NCBI RefSeq assembly: GCF_032191835.1
Contig: NC_083235.1
Location: forward strand, 62,620,001 to 62,684,000
Source: Heteronotia binoei
Lineage: Eukaryota
Reading direction: 5' to 3'
Length of the DNA: 64,000 bases
Shown here: positions 59,746 through 64,000 of the stretch, in pieces
Layout of the letters: each line of letters opens with the position of its first letter
Position numbering within the stretch: the stretch's first letter is position 1
Made by a program: the position numbers and the translations under genes
Notes under the pieces: model-generated
What the model saw: the letters and a program-made list of their open reading frames with translations, nothing else
What the model was told of the DNA's origin: nothing
Database searches by the model: none

Positions 59746-59828
59746 CTCACAGCCTGTATGTGCTCCCAGGAGGCCACGCCGGCTAGAGGTCCCTTCTGTT
59801 CTTTAGTGCGACCATGGACAGTCAGGAG
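59746..59828 (-). CDS. DUS1L: DUS1L exon ([28 protein letters not shown])
   Basis: cctag| ... |gtaagc; 83 bp; conserved TVHGRT motif. Confidence 0.96.
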
Positions 59829-60304
59829 CTAGGAGAAAGTTGTATTTGCTTTTCAATTGATGTGGGTCAAATATATCTAGGAAAACACTGTTTCTTTCCT
59901 TTGTATCTGTTACAATATGCGGCAAGATTCCTTGTAACAAATGTTTCCCCTCTCCTATGGATTCTGAATCAAGAGAAATTAAACTTCAGCTGCTGTGGCA
60001 GGGACATGAAATCTTTTGAATGTATGCTCTGTGCTTCCAGCACAGATTTGTCTAGATTAATCAAAAAAAATCATACACAGAACATAAGCAAGCAGCTTAA
60101 TAAATAATAAAACATAGGTACAGAACTATAACTCCCTCTAACTGTACAAACAGAACAACAAAACTGTGCAGGCTTTATCCTGCACGCTTCCAATATATGT
60201 ATGGTGGAGTCAAATCCAGGAATATTCTATAGGTCCATCAGTAGCTATTGGCCAAGATTACTAAAGGGAACTTCCAGAGGCAGTAAACCTCTGAGTACAA
60301 ACCG

Positions 60305-60790
60305 AAGAGCCAGTTTGGTGTAGTGGTTAAGTGCGCGGACTCTTATCTGGGAGAACTGGGTTTGATTCCCCATTCTTCCACATACACCTGCTGATGCGAC
60401 CTTGGGTCAGCCACAAGTTCTCTCAATGCTGTTCTGCTCAAGAGCAATTCTGGGAGAGCTCTCTCAGCCCTGCCTACCTCATAGGCAGTGTTCCCTCTAA
60501 GCTGAGTTAGTGTGAGCTAGCTCACAGATTTTTAGCCTCCAGCTCACACATTTTTGTCTTAGCTCAGGAAGGATGACCTCAGAGCACACTAATTTGTGCA
60601 GTAGCTCACAACTTTAATGCCAGTAGCTCACAAAGTAGAATTGTTGCTCACAAGACACTGTGACTTAGAGGGAACATTTCTCATAGGGTGTCTGTTGTGG
60701 GGAGGGGAAGAGAAAGGAGACTGTAAGCGACTCTGAGACGCCTTTCGCTAGTGAAGGGAGCAGTATAAATCCTTCTCTTCTTCTTCTACT
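60305..60790 (+). mobile_element. tRNA-headed SINE (family A-related) interrupted by a hAT MITE
   Basis: gagccagtttggtgtagtgg head; body resumes after the MITE at 60680. Confidence 0.8.
60486..60679. mobile_element. hAT MITE (cagtgttccctctaag family)
   Basis: TIRs cagtgttccctctaag / cttagagggaacattt; perfect 8-bp TSD ctcatagg (60478-60485 and 60680-60687). Confidence 0.9.
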
Positions 60791-61195
60791 AGTGCTAGGA
60801 GGCAGTATGTGGGGGCGGGGGGAGGCTTGGCTTCCATGTCTTCTTGGGTCACAAGGACAACTGGTGTGAAACAGGATACTGAAGTAGGTGGACCACTGTG
60901 TCCAGTGTTGCAGGGCACCTCTTGTGTTTTTCTTTGTCAAAAGTTACCGGCTTTTAAAATATTTTAATAGGGGAATACATTTTGTTTCCAGCTTATTTAA
61001 AGATGATGACAACTTAAGTCAAGAGCCTTAGTTTCTGATTCAACCTCTGCCAAAACACTGGGACAGGAAATGCTTATTTCTTTCTTTTCCCCGTACACAA
61101 GTTATTAAAACATCCTGTCTCACTGTGCCATTAAATTTAAGATTATTAAAACCCTGCATGTAATATAACAAAACAGAGAACAGCTGACTCCTTAC

Positions 61196-61308
61196 TTGGC
61201 AACCAGCCCTCTCCAGCAACTGAGCATATTTCACAGTTTTGGCAATTTCGGGGAAAACACGGATTTTGCATGTGACAGGAACAGAGAGCTTTTCATTAGC
61301 CAACATAA
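61196..61308 (-). CDS. DUS1L: DUS1L internal coding exon ([38 protein letters not shown])
   Basis: ttccag| ... |gtaagg on the minus strand; 113 bp; DUS TIM-barrel motif VPVTCKIR; upstream exons lie beyond 64000. Confidence 0.96.
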
Positions 61309-61825
61309 CTGGAAAACAAGAAAAAAGAAAATAACTGTGAAACTGGCTTCAGTCCAAAAATCATCTAAGAAAGCTTCAAATGATTAAAAGGATAGCACTC
61401 TTGTCTAGAGATGCATTACCTATACACCACACTCTCTACTATGCAGCAGGATAGTAAAGCAAAAACAGAAAATCTAAATAATCTTTCTTCAAGTAAAGAA
61501 AGCCATAGTCCTCAGTTTGCAAGAGCTGAGCAAGACTAATAATAGGCCATTTGGAGGTCATCTCACAGTCTGCCAGCTTCACCGTACTTGAAATACAGAC
61601 TCATTGAAAACAGGAACACCTTCCCTGAATGGACCTCTAAACATCACTATAATCTTTTCAAGGGAAAAATGAAACCAACATACACAGCAGCTTTCAGCAT
61701 GGGTGTTTGTGTGTGTCTGTGTGTACATATTTTACATCTATGTCCTGCTCCTGAACCAAGGAGCTCAGAATGATGTTTAAAACTCACACCCACCTTTGCC
61801 AAAGGTCCCCCAATAAGCATCATAA

Positions 61826-62207
61826 AAACAGGTTACTCACCTGTAATTGATGATCTTCGAGTGGTCATCTGTGCAGTCACACACATGGGGTTTTCCTATC
61901 AGGACGAACCCTACCTCGGAGATTTTAAAAAGCTAGCCTAGGCGTTATTTTTGGCGCGCACTCCCTCTCGCTCTGGGGAGCAGGCATCCACTGCGCATGC
62001 CTGTAGCGCGAGGGAGGCGCCCAACCCACTCAGTTTCTTTCCCCGCCGCTGACATAATAGGAGCGCGGATATATAAGACAAGTAGCCAGCAGCGGGGACG
62101 GCTGGGCGGGCGTGTGTGACTGCACAGATGACCACTCGAAGATCATCAATTACAGGTGAGTAACCTGTTTATCTTCTTCGTGGTCTCTGTGCAGTCCCAC
62201 ACATGGG
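61826..62207. repeat. DIRS right terminal repeat and internal complementary region (ICR)
   Basis: 61826-61884 is the exact reverse complement of 62112-62170; 62171-62207 is a variant copy of the terminal repeat. Confidence 0.88.
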
Positions 62208-62346
62208 TGACTGATAAGCTGACCTGCAAGGCGGTGGGTGCTGGCACTAGAGTTGGAGGAAGAAATAGTGCAAAGGTTAGTGCAACATAGTCAGCACATT
62301 ATAGGCTATAAGGTAAGTAACTACTCACCAAGCCCGGACCAGCTTC

Positions 62347-63912
62347 TTAGTCAAAGATGGAGCGAAGAACTGCCTGTCCGAAGGATGCATCCCGCCTAGC
62401 ACGAACGTCCAAAGCGTAGTGCATGGCGAAGGTCGAGGAGGAAGACCAAGCGGCAGCAGCGCAAATGTCCTCCATGGATACACCCCTGGCAAGGGCAGAT
62501 GACGTTGACAAAGCTCTTGTAGAATGAGCTCTTATGGCAGATGGGACTGGTTGCTTCGCGAGTTTGTAGCACAGCTCTATAGCAGCAACCAACCATTTTG
62601 ATAGTCTCTGTGTAGATATCTTTTTTCCCTTATGACGGCGGCCGTAGGCCACAAAAAGTCCGGAGTCTGTGCGGAACGATGCAGTTCTATCTATATAAAA
62701 GGCGAGTGCTCTTCTCACGTCTAGACAGTGTAGAGCTTCTTGGCCCTTATCCGTAGGCCGTTGGAAAAAAGCAGGTAAGGTAGTGGTTCTATGCAGATGG
62801 AATGCGGAGACCACCTTCGGTAAGAAAGCGGGATCTGGCCGTAACACCACCTTATCATGGTGAAACATGGTGTAAGGCGAGTCCGCTCTGAACGCGCAGA
62901 GATCACTTGCTCTTTTAGCAGAGGTGAGTGCAACTAAAAGTGCCGTTTTCCATGAGAGGAGGTGAAGTGGTATCGTAGCCATAGGTTCGAAAGGCGGTTT
63001 TACTAGTTGGCTAAGCACTAGTGACAAACTCCAGCTAGGATACATTTGCCGCAGTGGTGGGTGCAAATGTAAGATTCCCTTTAAGAAGGATTTCGCAGCA
63101 GGGTGTGAGAAAACAGTTCGACCCTGAACATGCGGGTGAAAAGCTGAGATTGCTGCCAGGTGCACCTTCAGAGAGGAGTACGTAAGGCCCTTTTCTGACA
63201 AATGCAGTGTATACGCTAAGATTTGAGGCATGGAAGCCGAGGAGGGGCTGAAATTATGCTTGGTAGCGTAGATGGAAAACCTTTTCCATTTCATGGAATA
63301 TGACTTCCTTGTTGACGGTTTCCTTGCATTAAGGAGAACGTGTCTTACTCCTTCAGGAAAGTCTGAGAACATATCCTCCAGGCCGTTAGGCGAAGCCTGT
63401 TCGGGTCGTGGTGCAGAACCCTGCCGTTCTGCTGGGACAGGAGGTTGTGTGCCAGAGGGAAGTGATGGTAAGTGTTTTCTGACAGGAGGAGAAGGGTTGT
63501 GAACCATGGCTGGCGTGGCCACCATGGCGTCACTAGAATGCAATCTGTGTTGTCCAGTTGAATTTTCTGTATGCACCGTGTTATTAGCGGAAAGGGAGGG
63601 AAGAGGAAGTGTAGTGGACCGGTCCACGTTTGTATGAAGGCATCCCCTGCAGACTGTTGTGAGGGCGGACCTCTCATAAAAAAGATCGCACACTGTGCAT
63701 TGTCTGGTGCAGCAAACGCATCTATTGACGGAGTTCCGAATTTCCGGAATACTGGCAGAAGGTATGACCGGTGGAGTGACCACTCGTGGTCGTTGATGGA
63801 ATATCTGCTCAGTCTGTCCGCTTGAATATTCTGTACGCCAGGAAGATGTACCGCAGTGAGGTGGATCTGATGGGCAATACTCCAATGCCACAGGTGCATT
63901 GCTCTTTTGCAA
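62347..63912 (-). CDS. DIRS tyrosine recombinase ORF, 521 aa
   Basis: ARKPSTRKSY..KWKRF N-domain; SAKRASDL; HSTRA; AAAWSS; TFAMHY catalytic residues intact. Confidence 0.92.
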   Translation of the reverse strand: MQKSNAPVALEYCPSDPPHCGTSSWRTEYSSGQTEQIFHQRPRVVTPPVIPSASIPEIRNSVNRCVCCTRQCTVCDLFYERSALTTVCRGCLHTNVDRSTTLPLPSLSANNTVHTENSTGQHRLHSSDAMVATPAMVHNPSPPVRKHLPSLPSGTQPPVPAERQGSAPRPEQASPNGLEDMFSDFPEGVRHVLLNARKPSTRKSYSMKWKRFSIYATKHNFSPSSASMPQILAYTLHLSEKGLTYSSLKVHLAAISAFHPHVQGRTVFSHPAAKSFLKGILHLHPPLRQMYPSWSLSLVLSQLVKPPFEPMATIPLHLLSWKTALLVALTSAKRASDLCAFRADSPYTMFHHDKVVLRPDPAFLPKVVSAFHLHRTTTLPAFFQRPTDKGQEALHCLDVRRALAFYIDRTASFRTDSGLFVAYGRRHKGKKISTQRLSKWLVAAIELCYKLAKQPVPSAIRAHSTRALSTSSALARGVSMEDICAAAAWSSSSTFAMHYALDVRARRDASFGQAVLRSIFD

Positions 63913-64000
63913 AGGCGGGTGGATGCTGTCCCTCCTTGCCTGTTTATATAAAAAACCGTCGCCACATTGTCTGAGGCGATTTGTACGTGTAGGCCTTGAA
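63345..64000 (-). CDS. DIRS pol ORF C-terminal part: RNase H end + DNA N6-adenine methyltransferase-like domain (5' partial)
   Basis: SDNVATVFYINRQGG; HLPGVQNIQADRLSR; IDAFA; LFPPFPLI; LVTPWWPRQPWF; LRLTAW; frame open to the window edge. Confidence 0.9.
   Translation of the reverse strand, partial: QGLHVQIASDNVATVFYINRQGGTASTRLCKRAMHLWHWSIAHQIHLTAVHLPGVQNIQADRLSRYSINDHEWSLHRSYLLPVFRKFGTPSIDAFAAPDNAQCAIFFMRGPPSQQSAGDAFIQTWTGPLHFLFPPFPLITRCIQKIQLDNTDCILVTPWWPRQPWFTTLLLLSENTYHHFPLAHNLLSQQNGRVLHHDPNRLRLTAWRICSQTFLKE

Larger units (their letters stand above)
61826..64000 (-). mobile_element. DIRS1-like tyrosine-recombinase retrotransposon, 3' part (continues beyond the window), in a DUS1L intron
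   Basis: Overlapping RNaseH/MTase and YR ORFs; 59-bp perfect inverted repeat and ICR-like junction at the 3' end. Confidence 0.95.

Overview
Vertebrate nuclear DNA, most likely a squamate and probably a gecko (inferred from the SINE, L2, CR1 and MITE families present). It holds the 3' parts of two convergent genes. GPS1/CSN1 (COP9 signalosome subunit 1) has 10 coding exons on + at 1218-10382. DUS1L (tRNA-dihydrouridine 16/17 synthase) has 10 coding exons on - at 61308-37557. All splice sites are GT-AG and exon phases are consistent; both genes start outside the window. Everything else is intron or intergenic DNA rich in transposable elements. The most notable element is a very young Ty1/Copia (27922-31640, identical 398-bp LTRs, GGGGA target-site duplication [TSD]). 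It has one uninterrupted 886-aa Gag-PR-IN ORF, no RT or RNase H, and an integrase lacking its catalytic Glu. Its primer-binding site matches 30 of 31 nt of initiator tRNA-Met (nt 10-40), and a second 9-nt site in U5 matches tRNA nt 1-9. A Gmr1-like Gypsy element (43774-47405, GAGCT TSD) has likewise lost RT while keeping near-continuous reading frames. An apparently intact DIRS element (61826 to the window end) has overlapping RNaseH/MTase and tyrosine-recombinase ORFs and a readable terminal-repeat/ICR structure. Also present are SINEs with 104-bp tail concatemers, long foldback MITEs, and a CpG-undepleted exon-like island in a DUS1L intron. No bacterial-type systems, CRISPR arrays or true tRNA/rRNA genes were found. 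All calls come from reading the sequence and from remembered family motifs; no searches were run.
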